A stretch of DNA of 64,000 nucleotides from Eledone cirrhosa (GCA_964016885.1 CAXHJY010001738.1:425359-489358), one strand, 5' to 3'; positions 30,761 to 57,382 are shown, counted from the first letter of the stretch. Translations and numbers: made by a program. The notes: a model not told the origin generated them from the sequence alone.

Positions 30761-32241
30761 TAATAATAGTAATAATAATAATAATAATAATACTACACTA
30801 TTAATAATTATTAATGCACTCGTGCAATGCCTGTGCGTGACGAATATTTTTAAAGTGAGGAAAGACTGTGCACTGAACCAATCCCACTCTCTGAGCGACA
30901 GTAGCTATAACCCGAAAAGAAGAAAAGATCAACATCATCGGTAACTACTGAGCCGCAGGTTTTATATCGGAGTTAACCCAGTTTCCTGAGATGCCTTCTC
31001 CTAGAAGAATACCCTGACATGGGCTAGGGGTTCTTCACTCCCAGTGGTTTAACTGCGCGATCGGGCATCCAGCCCGATTATTTCTATGTCCCCGCGCAAA
31101 AAAAAAAAAAAAAAAAAAAATTACTTATTGACACTTATACGTACGACATACACACACACGCATACATATGCGTGCACACAGCAACACTCACACACACAAC
31201 AAACACACACACACGCTACTCTACTCACTTACACGCACACACACACATATATATATATATATTACCGTCATTACTGATACAAGATTACCAGATTATGTCA
31301 ACTGTTGACTTTCAAGAGTTTGTATAGTTGAAGCCGATCGTATTACAGTCCAGTATTACTATAATTGCTTTACAGCATAGAGTTATGGCTCTCCACGGAG
31401 TCAACAAAAGAGAGTACCAGTGATGCGCTGGCCAGTCGCTGGATCCGTGCCAAAAGCAGAAAAATTATTATTAAAGTTGTTCTTAAGGCCAGGTCGCTGG
31501 TGATGGTGATGGCGACGGCGGTGGCGGGTGGTGGTGGTGGTGGCAGTTGATGTTGTTGTTCTGTTGTGTGTGTGTGTGTGTGTGTGTGTTTTGTTATTTT
31601 GAGTTTTTTTTTTTTTTTTCCTTTCTTTTTTTTCTCCTTTTTTTTTTTTTTTCCCCTTCCCTTTTCTTTTTTCTTTTCCCTTCCTTTTTTTATGTTTTGA
31701 TGCCGCTGTTGTTGTTGTTGTTGTAATTGTTGTAAATGTTCATTTCAGTTCATTCTGAAGCTGTTGTTGCTGTAAACATTAGGGCTGAAGCTGTTGTTGC
31801 TGTAAACATTAGGGCCGGTGTTGTTGTTGTTGTAGATGTTGGGGTTGAAATCTGGTTGTTTGACTGAGTGATGTATATACACACATATACATACACACAC
31901 ATATATATATATACATTCATCAGAGAGTAGAGAGTTTGACAACAGGTCGATGACTTTAGTCTCGATAGGGTATGGTATGGTAATGACATGTGATGGTGGG
32001 GAGAGAGTGTAGACGTTATTGTGGTGGTGTGGACAGTGAGATGTATCTAGTTCATTTGACCGTTTTCTTCTCTTAGCAAAATTTGAATTCTAGCCATGTT
32101 ATATTGAGATGTAAGTAAATGTAAAATATAAATAAGGATTGCTCTGCTAAAATATACTAAAATATTTGTGTAACTTCCACAAACTTCTGTCGTGACATTC
32201 CCGAGTCCAGTAACCAACAAATTGTTGTATTTTGATGTTTC

Positions 32242-33702
<1,461 letters not shown>

Positions 33703-33859
33703 TGGAATAAATGCTCTGAAATAGCGATATATATGTGAATATAGACATAGAATATTCGAAAATATTCTGTATGTTTATAATAAACATTTTGAAGACCTAA
33801 TCGCTATAGAATAGAATACGTCACGTATTACAATTAGATTCTCGATAAAAGCAAGGGAA

Positions 33860-33902
33860 GTAATCTACGCGTTTCATTCTTGTTAGAAATCATCAGGACT
33901 AC
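33860..33902 (-). ncRNA. Type I hammerhead ribozyme (further minus-strand copies 34170-34212, 34480-34522, 34790-34832)
   Basis: Minus strand: GTAGTC CTGATGA tTTCT-aaca-AGAAt GAAA C-gc-GTA GATTAC. Confidence 0.88.
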
Positions 33903-34890
33903 ATATCCAGTGCTTTTATCGAGAATGACACAGCTAGAGACTTATAGAATACTTAGCTGTGTACAGTAACTGGTTTGAAAGAGCGGTTGCCGGTCCGGCA
34001 GAAATTAGAAATTGGAATAAATGCTCTGAAATAGCGATATATATGTGAATATAGACATAGAATATTCGAAAATATTCTGTATGTTTATAATAAACATTTT
34101 GAAGACCTAATCGCTATAGAATAGAATACGTCACGTATTACAATTAGATTCTCGATAAAAGCAAGGGAAGTAATCTACGCGTTTCATTCTTGTTAGAAAT
34201 CATCAGGACTACATATCCAGTGCTTTTATCGAGAATGACACAGCTAGAGACTTATAGAATACTTAGCTGTGTACAGTAACTGGTTTGAAAGAGCGGTTGC
34301 CGGTCCGGCAGAAATTAGAAATTGGAATAAATGCTCTGAAATAGCGATATATATGTGAATATAGACATAGAATATTCGAAAATATTCTGTATGTTTATAA
34401 TAAACATTTTGAAGACCTAATCGCTATAGAATAGAATACGTCACGTATTACAATTAGATTCTCGATAAAAGCAAGGGAAGTAATCTACGCGTTTCATTCT
34501 TGTTAGAAATCATCAGGACTACATATCCAGTGCTTTTATCGAGAATGACACAGCTAGAGACTTATAGAATACTTAGCTGTGTACAGTAACTGGTTTGAAA
34601 GAGCGGTTGCCGGTCCGGCAGAAATTAGAAATTGGAATAAATGCTCTGAAATAGCGATATATATGTGAATATAGACATAGAATATTCGAAAATATTCTGT
34701 ATGTTTATAATAAACATTTAGAAGACCTAATCGCTATAGAATAGAATACGTCACGTATTACAATTAGATTCTCGATAAAAGCAAGGGAAGTAATCTACGC
34801 GTTTCATTCTTGTTAGAAATCATCAGGACTACACAGCTAAGTATTCTATAAGTCTCTAGCTGTGTCATTCTCGATAAAAGCACTGGATAT

Positions 34891-34933
34891 GTAGTCCTGA
34901 TGATTTCTAACAAGAATGAAACGCGTAGATTAC
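34891..34933 (+). ncRNA. Type I hammerhead ribozyme (further plus-strand copies 35201-35243, 35511-35553)
   Basis: GTAGTC/GATTAC stem I, CTGATGA core, TTCT/AGAA stem II, GAAACGCGTA; predicted cleavage after A34927. Confidence 0.88.
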
Positions 34934-35677
34934 TTCCCTTGCTTTTATCGAGAATCTAATTGTAATACGTGACGTATTCTATTCTATAGCGATTAGGTCT
35001 TCAAAATGTTTATTATAAACATACAGAATATTTTCGAATATTCTATGTCTATATTCACATATATATCGCTATTTCAGAGCATTTATTCCAATTTCTAATT
35101 TCTGCCGGACCGGCAACCGCTCTTTCAAACCAGTTACTGTACACAGCTAAGTATTCTATAAGTCTCTAGCTGTGTCATTCTCGATAAAAGCACTGGATAT
35201 GTAGTCCTGATGATTTCTAACAAGAATGAAACGCGTAGATTACTTCCCTTGCTTTTATCGAGAATCTAATTGTAATACGTGACGTATTCTATTCTATAGC
35301 GATTAGGTCTTCAAAATGTTTATTATAAACATACAGAATATTTTCGAATATTCTATGTCTATATTCACATATATATCGCTATTTCAGAGCATTTATTCCA
35401 ATTTCTAATTTCTGCCGGACCGGCAACCGCTCTTTCAAACCAGTTACTGTACACAGCTAAGTATTCTATAAGTCTCTAGCTGTGTCATTCTCGATAAAAG
35501 CACTGGATATGTAGTCCTGATGATTTCTAACAAGAATGAAACGCGTAGATTACTTCCCTTGCTTTTATCGAGAATCTAATTGTAATACGTGACGTATTCT
35601 ATTCTATAGCGATTAGGTCTTCAAAATGTTTATTATAAACATACAGAATATTTTCGAATATTCTATGTCTATATTCA

Positions 35678-39085
<3,408 letters not shown>

Positions 39086-39255
39086 AAATCCAGCCTCCTG
39101 TCATTTCATTATAATATTTAACTCCGTAATAGCACCACCAACTACAAAAACAAAGACGGTTGAACTGCTTTACGTTGAGTACTCTCTATATTATTGCATT
39201 ACGATTGACCATACGGAATAGACCAGCTCTATACAGTGGTGAACCTCAAACCTGA

Positions 39256-39256
<1 letters not shown>
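39086..39256. repeat. ~170-bp interspersed repeat flanked by TA (copies 51707-51877, 57695-57850, 60383-60553)
   Basis: AAATCCAGCCTCCTGTCA...CCTCAAACCTGAA, near-identical in four places. Confidence 0.9.
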
Positions 39257-39308
<52 letters not shown>

Positions 39309-39309
39309 T

Positions 39310-39977
39310 GTAGATAAATCTACCAAGAGTTTACGGTAGTGTCCAATCCGTATGAAGAACTCAATGTATTCCGGATATCATGGAAAGAAGAGATGTAATG
39401 AAAAATCACTTTCCGTGAAAGATAAACGGTATACAGAGTCAAGATAAAATATTAAACAAATAATGAATAAAACAATGAAACAGTTCCTTATATTAAACAA
39501 AAAAAGTTCATTATTTAACGATCGTTTCTAGGATATATATGTGTTAGAATTGGCATGCATATTCAACAGATCTATGTATAAAATTATACAAAATTATACA
39601 AACTATCAAGATTAAATATACATACCAACACATATATACGCCGTCTTCAGAAATAATGAAATATATTTATTGATAATAACAACAATTCAAAATTTCAGGT
39701 CCGTTTGGGAACAAAATTGACCAATGAAAATACAAAAGGTTTTATGCAGTTCGGTGTGTGTATATACATGTAACTACCCCGTACTCATATTTATACAAAA
39801 ATGTATGCTCAACATGCATACGCTTGCCAAAAAGATGCATGCAAATACAAAATTTCAAGGTTAATGTCTCTGTAAGTTTATAATGCACAGATAAGATGCG
39901 TATAGACACATAAATATGAAATAAGTGTATACACATATTCTCATACTCACACATATCCGTACAATCACACACACGCG
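39310..39977 (-). mobile_element. Hammerhead-bearing element end, probably a PLE pLTR (inverted copy 46587-47117; diverged partial copy 57408-57697)
   Basis: Non-coding, carries a hammerhead, ends in (TA)n. The sequence of ORF 46591-46821(+) is contained in 39742-40077(-). Confidence 0.65.
39507..39660 (-). ncRNA. Type I hammerhead with very long stem II
   Basis: Minus strand: TTCATTATTT CTGAAGA [~120 nt foldback] GAAA C-gatc-GTT AAATAATGAA, with a 10-bp perfect stem I. Confidence 0.75.
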
Positions 39978-40289
39978 CGCGTATATGCATAAACATACAC
40001 ATAATTACGAACATACACACACACACATACCCCCACACACATATATATATATGTGGATATAATATTATCATAAGCACATGGATATTAATTCACTCACATA
40101 AACACTGCCACACACATTTAGATCAAGATACAGAAATTAGGTGGGAGGGGGGGAGAGGTCAGTATTCAACGGTTTGGGCAGACTGCTTATTTATAGATGT
40201 ATCTATAAACTAAGAAATAAAAAATAAAAATTAAAAAGGAAAGAAAAGAAAAAGAAAAAAGAGAAAAAAGAAATATATCAAGAAAATAT

Positions 40290-42390
<2,101 letters not shown>

Positions 42391-42391
42391 A

Positions 42392-42834
42392 TGGTGGCTG
42401 CCAACTCGTTTTCGAGTATGGCCACTACTTTATATCCATGTAGGAGAACTACTGATGCGCTGAACAAGTGTGACTTTTTAGTCCGGCCAGCGACTTGAAA
42501 ACTCTGGTACAAACATTACACTTGTGACAATTATTGACACATAGTGCTGGGCCCATGGTACCATGTGACAACAAGTGCAGGGAGATCTCCAGATATAAAG
42601 CAATGCCTGTGCCGTGAAGCTTTTATAGTAAGCAAAGGCACTGCACAAAGCCAGTCCCACTCTCTTAACCAAGATGATATTTACCAAAAAGAAAGAACAA
42701 GTCAACATCATTGGATACCATCAGAGTTGCAGGTGTTATATCAGAGTTTTCCTTCTAGAATTCTGCCTTGACAAAGGCTAAGGGGTCATCTCTCCCAGTG
42801 ATTTTGGATGGCCATTGACTCTTAAGAGCTCCTT
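42392..42834 (-). mobile_element. RTE-derived bipartite element, copy 2 (5' truncated, more diverged)
   Basis: Similar to 21068-21514. Confidence 0.87.
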
Positions 42835-43523
42835 ATATATATACACACATATATATACATACATACATACATATACATACACACATACATACATATACAT
42901 ACATATATATATACACATACACATACATATACATACATATACACATATATACATACATACACATACATATACATACATACACACATATATACATACACAT
43001 ACATATATACATATATATATATAAATACACATACATACATATACATACATATATACACACATACATACACATACATATACATACACATATATATACACAC
43101 ATACACATACATATATACACATATATATATACACACACATACACATATACATACATATACATATACATACATATACATACATATATATATACATACATAT
43201 ACATACACACACATATACATACATATACATACACATATATATACATACATATACATACACATATACATATACATACATATACATATATATATACATACAT
43301 ATATATACACACATACATACACACATACATACATAAATATATATATACATACATACATATATACATACATACATATATACATACATATATACACACATAC
43401 ATACATACACACATACATATATATATACATACATACACATATACATACACACATAAATACATACATACACATATACATACATACATACATACATACATAC
43501 ATACACACACATATATATACATA

Positions 43524-44073
43524 TGGTGGCTGCCAACTCGTTTTCGAGTACGGCCACTACTTTATATCCATGTACCCCTACCGATGCGCTGAACGAGTGT
43601 GACTTTTTAGTCCAGCCAGCGACTTGAAAACTCCGGTACAAACACTACACCTGTGACAATTACTGACACATAGTGCTGGGCCCATGGTACCATGTGACGA
43701 CAAGTGCAGAGAGATCTCCAGATATAAAGCAATGCCTGTGCCGTGAAGCTTTTATAGTGAGCAAAGGCACTGCACAAAGCCAGTCCCACTCTCTTAACCA
43801 AGATGATATTTACCAAAAAGAAGAACAAGTCAACATCATTGGATACCATCAGGGTTGCAGGTGTTATATCAGAGTTTTCCTTCTCCTAGAATTCTGCCTT
43901 GACAAAGGCTAAGGGGTCATCCCTCCCGGTGATTTTGGATGGCCATTGACTCTTAAGAGCTCCTTTGCCCTTTGACAGGTTTTGTTTTTAGTCCTGCAGG
44001 ATGTCCAAAGTCACCCTCCTCACCAGGAAACCTTGGTGGGGTTGCCAGTTTAGTCGCCAACGACCCGACCATG
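43524..44073 (-). mobile_element. RTE-derived bipartite element, copy 3
   Basis: Similar to 21068-21623. Confidence 0.87.
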
Positions 44074-44086
44074 TGGGCGTGTATGT

Positions 44087-44136
<50 letters not shown>

Positions 44137-44289
44137 ACATACACGCCCACACACATATACACATATACACATATATATATATATATATATACACATACAC
44201 ATATATATACACATGCATATATACACATATATATATACACACACACATATATATACACACAATCTTACATTTTTATTTGCATGCGCATA

Positions 44290-44933
44290 TGTGTATTTTT
44301 ATATTCAGATATAAATACCCAAACATATATACACCTACCTACATATATATTCACACATACACGCTTACAAACACAGATGATAATAGTATGGGGGAAAGGG
44401 GGGGGGGGTTGGAGAAGGGGATTATAGTAAATATATGTTTCAAGAAACATAGAATATTATCTGTATCTGGATCTAATGTATGTTTTTACATAGTTTCAGT
44501 GTTAGGAAATACAAGAAATAAGGCAAAATTTATGCATTTCAAAATAAGTATACCATTAATTATATGTTAACTAAACTAAAGATAGTTAACATATTGATTT
44601 CTAAGGTGTAAATTAGTTAGGTTTATAATATTTGAAGCAGAATTTTGAAGTTAAATAGTAGTAGAGTATTAATTATAGTATAACTAAATTAAAGTTATTA
44701 ACGTTATGGTATCAATATTAGGAAATGAATTTAGTAATAGGGAAAAAACAAATAAAGAATTACATCGGTAGTAGAATATAAATTATAGGTTAACTAAATT
44801 AAAAATTATATATTAATTTCTATAGTATATGTTAATTAGGTATATAATAAATAAAACAGATATTGTATTTTATCAATAGCAGAATATAATTATATGCAAA
44901 TAGAAATCAAAATTAATACATATACATATACAT

Positions 44934-44980
<47 letters not shown>

Positions 44981-46588
44981 TATATATATATATATACACA
45001 TACACACACACACATACACATACATATACATACATACATATACATATTTTTTCAAAAATTGCAAAGAATATATTAACTAGGTATACATCCAAAACACATC
45101 CCATTCTATGATTACATGACACTCTGCAATCCGTCTGTATAAGGATACTAATTTTAAGCCAATTAAATTAAATTTTTAGGTTGACTAAATTTAAAACCAA
45201 ATTATAAATATATTTCTAAAATGTATATTAATTAGGTCTATAATACTAAAGATTATTTCTCTGTCATTGGATACACGATATTTTGTTATATTTTATCTGT
45301 AAAGGAATTTTAATAAAAGGTTTAAATAAATTAAAATTAATCTATAAATTAAATTACTAAGTATATATTAGTAATATTTAAAGGTTTTTCACAATTTATG
45401 ATTACACAATATTTTATATTCTCATCTGTAGTAGAATTTTAATTAAATTAAATTTATAGGTTAACTAACATTTAAATTAAATTAATTTCTAAAATAATGT
45501 TATTAATTAGGTTTATAATATTTAAATGTTTTTTTTAGTTTATGATTACACGATATAATTAATTCCTGTCGTTTATTTAATAGGATATCCTTAGATTTCA
45601 TTATTTTAAATAGTTCTTGGGAACATAATCTACATTCATTTCTATTATTTTGATAAGGGGTGGCTCTTTTGAGCACACTCCAGGTCAAATCATATTCTAT
45701 ATTCTTATTTTTATAACTATTGATTTTTTCTGCTAGAGATGTTGTATTAGCCAGTGCGGCATTTTTAAAACTATGCTTGTGGGTATTAAACCTTGTCTTA
45801 AAATTGTTAGAGGTAGCTCCTATATATGAGCAAATAGAATCTTTAGTTTTAACATTACATTTATAGACTATGTTGTTAACAAGACAATTCCCTTTTAATG
45901 GGCAGTTTGCTTTGTTTCTACAGTTACAACCTTTCGTTAATTCTGTATTTGAGGAGATATTATGGTTAATTTGATGTACTGGTGGTATACTTATGGTTTT
46001 CTTACATTTATATGCATTATAGGCACTTATATTTTGTTTTATGTTATTTGTTGTAGAGTATGAGAATTTAACTGTAGACCTATTTAAGATTTGATGGTAT
46101 TTGTGGTTTGGCGGGAAGTTTTTCTCTAGGATATAAAAAAATTTTTTAGCAATATTATCCTTAATTTGTAAATTAAATGGAGCATTATACCAAGTAACCC
46201 GTCTATTACGGTTTCTATGTTGTTTATTATTTTTATTATTTTTATAGGTTGTATCGTGATGTTTACTAGGAGGATTAATGTTAATGATCTCACCACAACC
46301 ATTTTTAGTTATATTTGTAGATTTAGGTGTTTTATCCTTTTTATTAGGAGTTTTATTATTAATATTTGTTAGAGTTGTATGATGAGTAGTTTTTTGAGAG
46401 TTACTATATTTTATATTAGAAGATTTGGTATTTTGGGGTATAGTGTGGGTGGCATTTAGGTGTGTACTTTTCATTTGGTGTTTGTTGGTAATATTAGGTT
46501 GTATGCTTTTAGTATTTTTAGTAGAAGGTATATATTCTAATCTATTTTTGTGGCCACTTCTATCTAGAGCTTCGTTATAGAAGGTCGC
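44290..46588 (-). mobile_element. Penelope-like element 3' fragment with AT-rich 3'UTR
   Basis: Contains the ORF below. The downstream boundary is approximate. Confidence 0.75.
45503..46588 (-). pseudogene. PLE ORF 3' part: end of RT/thumb, linker and GIY-YIG endonuclease (5' truncated)
   Basis: Frame is open upstream of 46474 (FYNEALDRSGH). Motifs VTWYNAPF, CNCRNKANCPLKGNC, NIVYKC, YIGATSNNFKTRFNTH, CRLC..E, LLNKRQELIISCNHK. Confidence 0.9.
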
Positions 46589-46902
46589 GTGTGTGTGATT
46601 GTACGGATATGTGTGAGTATGAGAATATGTGTATACACTTATTTCATATTTATGTGTCTATACGCATCTTATCTGTGCATTATAAACTTACAGAGACATT
46701 AACCTTGAAATTTTGTATTTGCATGCATCTTTTTGGCAAGCGTATGCATGTTGAGCATACATTTTTGTATAAATATGAGTACGGGGTAGTTACATGTATA
46801 TACACACACCGCACTGCATAAAACCTTTTGTATTTTCATTGGTCAAGTTTGTTCCCAAACGGACCTGAAATTTTGAATTGTTGTTATTATCAATAAATAT
46901 AT

Positions 46903-47056
46903 TTCATTATTTCTGAAGACGGCGTATATATGTGTTGGTATGTATATTTAATCTTGATAGTTTGTATAATTTTGTATAATTTTATACATAGATCTGTTGA
47001 ATATGCATGCCAATTCTAACACATATATATCTTAGAAACGATCGTTAAATAATGAA
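46903..47056 (+). ncRNA. Type I hammerhead with very long stem II (copy)
   Basis: TTCATTATTT CTGAAGA ... GAAACGATCGTT AAATAATGAA. Confidence 0.75.
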
Positions 47057-47117
47057 CTTTTTTTGTTTAATATAAGGAACTGTTTCATTGTTTTATTCAT
47101 TATTTGTTTAATATTTT

Positions 47118-50158
<3,041 letters not shown>

Positions 50159-50159
<1 letters not shown>

Positions 50160-50594
50160 GGTGGCTGCCAACTCGTTTTCGAGTATGGCCACTACTTTAT
50201 ATCCATGTAGGAGAACCCCTACCGATGCGCTGAACGAGTGTGACTTTTTAGTCCAGCCAGCGACTTGAAAACTCTGGTACAAACACTACACTTGTGACAA
50301 TTATTGACACTTAGTGCTGGGCCATGGTATCATGTGACGACAAATGCAGGGAGATCTCCAGATATAAAGCAATGCCTGTGCCGTGAAGCTTTTATAGTGA
50401 GCAAAGGCACTGCACAAAGCCAGTCCCACTCTCTTAACCAAGATGATATTTACCAAAAAGAAGAACACGTCAACATCATTGGATACCATCAGAGTTGCAG
50501 GTGTTATATCAGAGTTTTCCTTCTCCTAGAATTCTGCCTTGACAAAGGCTAAGGGGTCATCTCTCCCATACAAGGCTAAGGGTCATCTCTCCCA
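50159..50594 (-). mobile_element. RTE-derived bipartite element, copy 4 (truncated, ~25-bp terminal duplication)
   Basis: AAGGCTAAGGG(G)TCATCTCTCCCATA occurs twice at the truncation point. Confidence 0.87.
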
Positions 50595-50607
50595 TATATG
50601 TATATAT

Positions 50608-50638
<31 letters not shown>

Positions 50639-50689
50639 TACATATATACATATATATATACATATACACATATATATATACATATACAC

Positions 50690-51007
<318 letters not shown>

Positions 51008-51012
51008 CATAT

Positions 51013-51059
<47 letters not shown>

Positions 51060-51062
51060 TAC

Positions 51063-51171
<109 letters not shown>

Positions 51172-51186
51172 CATATATATATATAC

Positions 51187-51309
<123 letters not shown>

Positions 51310-51310
51310 C

Positions 51311-51415
<105 letters not shown>

Positions 51416-51522
51416 CATATATATATACATACATATATATATACATACATATATATATACATATATATATACATATATATATACATATATATATACATAT
51501 ATATATACATATATATATATAC

Positions 51523-51573
<51 letters not shown>

Positions 51574-51580
51574 TATATAC

Positions 51581-51611
<31 letters not shown>

Positions 51612-51624
51612 CATATATATATAC

Positions 51625-51688
<64 letters not shown>

Positions 51689-51900
51689 ATATATATATAT
51701 GTATATAAATCCAGCCTCCTGTCATTTCATTATAATATTTAACTCCGTAATAGCACCACCAACTACAAAAACAAAGACGGTTGAACTGCTTTACGTTGAG
51801 TACTCTCTATATTATTGCATTACGATTGACCATACGGAATTGACCAGCTCTATACAGTGGTGAACCTCAAACCTGAATATATATATATATATATATATAC

Positions 51901-51949
<49 letters not shown>

Positions 51950-51950
51950 C

Positions 51951-51981
<31 letters not shown>

Positions 51982-52002
51982 CATACATATATATATATAT
52001 AC

Positions 52003-52033
<31 letters not shown>

Positions 52034-52103
52034 CATATATATATACATATATATATTCATATATATATATATATATATATACATATATATATACATATAT
52101 ATA

Positions 52104-52712
52104 TGGTGGCTGCCAACTCGTTTTCGAGTACGGCCACTACTTTATATCCATGTAGGAGAACCCCTACCGAAGCGCTGAACGAGTGTGACTTTTTAGTCCA
52201 GCCAGCGACTTGAAAACTCTGGTACAAACACTACACTTGTGACAATTATTGACACATAGTGCTGGGCCCATGGTACCATGTGAGGACAAGTGCAGAGAGA
52301 TCTCCAGATATAAAGCAATGCCTGTGCCGTGAAGCTTTTATAGTGAGCAAAGGCACTGCACAAAGCCAGTCCCACTCTCTTAACCAAGATGATATTTACC
52401 AAAAAGAAGAACAAGTCAACATCATTGGATACCATCAGGGTTGCAGGTGTTATATCAGAGTTTTCCTTCTCCTAGAATTCTGCCTTGACAAAGGCTAAAG
52501 GGTCATCTCTCCCGGTGATTTTGGATGGCCATTGACTCTTAAGAGCTCCTTTGCCCTTTGACAGGTTTTGTTTTTAGTCCTGCAGGATGTCCAAAGTCAC
52601 CCTCCTCACCAAGAAACCTTGGTGGGGTTGCCAGTTTAGTCGCCAACGACCCGACCATGAGACAGGTTGTACTGGGATACATGTTACCAGTAGCACCAAC
52701 TGGTGACCTGAC
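52104..52712 (-). mobile_element. RTE-derived bipartite element, copy 5 (full)
   Basis: Near-identical to copy 1. Confidence 0.88.
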
Positions 52713-55636
<2,924 letters not shown>

Positions 55637-56190
55637 TGGTGGCTGCCAACTCGTTTTCGAGTACGGCCACTACTTTATATCCATGTAGGAGAACCCCTAC
55701 CGATGCGCTGAACGAGTGTGACTTCCTAGTCCACCCAGCGACTTGAAAACTCTGGTACAAACACTATACTTGTGACAATTATTGGCACACAGTGCTGGGC
55801 CCATGGTACCATGTGACGACAAGTGCAGAGAGATCTCCAGATATAAAGCAATGCCTGTGCCGTGAAGCTTTTATAGTGAGCAAAGGCACTGCACAAAGCC
55901 AGTCCCACTCTCTTAACCAAGATGATATTTACCAAAAAGAAGAACAAGTCAACATCATTGGATACCATCAGGGTTGCAGGTGTTATATCAGAGTTTTCCT
56001 TCTCCTAGAATTCTGCCTTGACAAAGGCTAAGGGGTCATCTCTCCCGGTGATTTTGTATGTATGTATGTATATGTGTGTATGTATGTATGTATGTATATG
56101 TGTATGTATGTATGTATATGTGTATGTATGTATGTGTATATATGTATGTATGTATATATGTATGTGTGTGTATATATATATGTATGTATG

Positions 56191-56221
<31 letters not shown>

Positions 56222-56538
56222 GTGTATGTATGTATATATATGTATGTATGTATGTGTATATGTGTGTATGTATGTATATATATATGTATGTATATGTATA
56301 TATATGTATGTATGTATGTATGTATATGTGTGTATATGTATGTATATATGTGTGTATGTATGTATGTATGTATCCCAGTACATGTATCCCAGTACAACCT
56401 GTCTCATGGTCGGGTCGTTGGCGACTGAACTGGCAACCCCACCAAGGTTTCTTGGTGAGGTGGGTGACTTTGGACATCCTGCAGGACTAAAAACAGAACC
56501 TGTCAAAGGGCAAAGGAGCTCTTAAGAGTCAATGGCCA
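55637..56538 (-). mobile_element. RTE-derived bipartite element, copy 6, with its 5' part inverted (56370-56538) across a (TATG)n tract
   Basis: 55637-56056 is in the usual orientation; the remainder appears reverse-complemented. Confidence 0.85.
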
Positions 56539-56559
56539 TATATATACATATATATATAT

Positions 56560-56604
<45 letters not shown>

Positions 56605-56730
56605 TATATACATATATATATACATATATATACATATACATATATATACATATATATATACATATATATACATATACATATACATATATATACATATATA
56701 TACATATATATATATATACATATATATACA

Positions 56731-56870
<140 letters not shown>

Positions 56871-56881
56871 TACATATATAT

Positions 56882-56919
<38 letters not shown>

Positions 56920-56940
56920 ATATCATATACATATATATAT

Positions 56941-56973
<33 letters not shown>

Positions 56974-56984
56974 TATATATATAC

Positions 56985-57031
<47 letters not shown>

Positions 57032-57056
57032 TACATATATACATATATGTATATAT

Positions 57057-57091
<35 letters not shown>

Positions 57092-57120
57092 CATATATAC
57101 ATATATATATACATATACAC

Positions 57121-57195
<75 letters not shown>

Positions 57196-57196
57196 C

Positions 57197-57382
<186 letters not shown>

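Larger units (their letters stand above)
26955..31097 (-). mobile_element. RTE-clade LINE, near full length
   Basis: Single APE-RT ORF, a 5'UTR out to ~31097, and a microsatellite-containing 3'UTR ending ..CGAGGGGGCAGCCATC-(AT)n. Confidence 0.92.
33697..35677. mobile_element. 310-bp tandem array with one hammerhead ribozyme per unit (non-LTR retrozyme-like); ~3.7 units then ~2.7 inverted units
   Basis: Unit starts at 33697, 34007, 34317, 34627; orientation switches at ~34830-34833. Units are essentially identical. Confidence 0.9.

Noticed and set aside
31270-32240. Unique sequence with short ORFs (31365-31550, 31745-31989) and a 27-bp duplication, possible host exon
   Set aside because: No recognisable domain or splice-supported structure, and it is interleaved with simple repeats.
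33697-35677. CRISPR array or plain satellite interpretation
   Set aside because: There are no variable spacers and the context is eukaryotic. One ribozyme per unit and pervasive pairing argue against an ordinary satellite.
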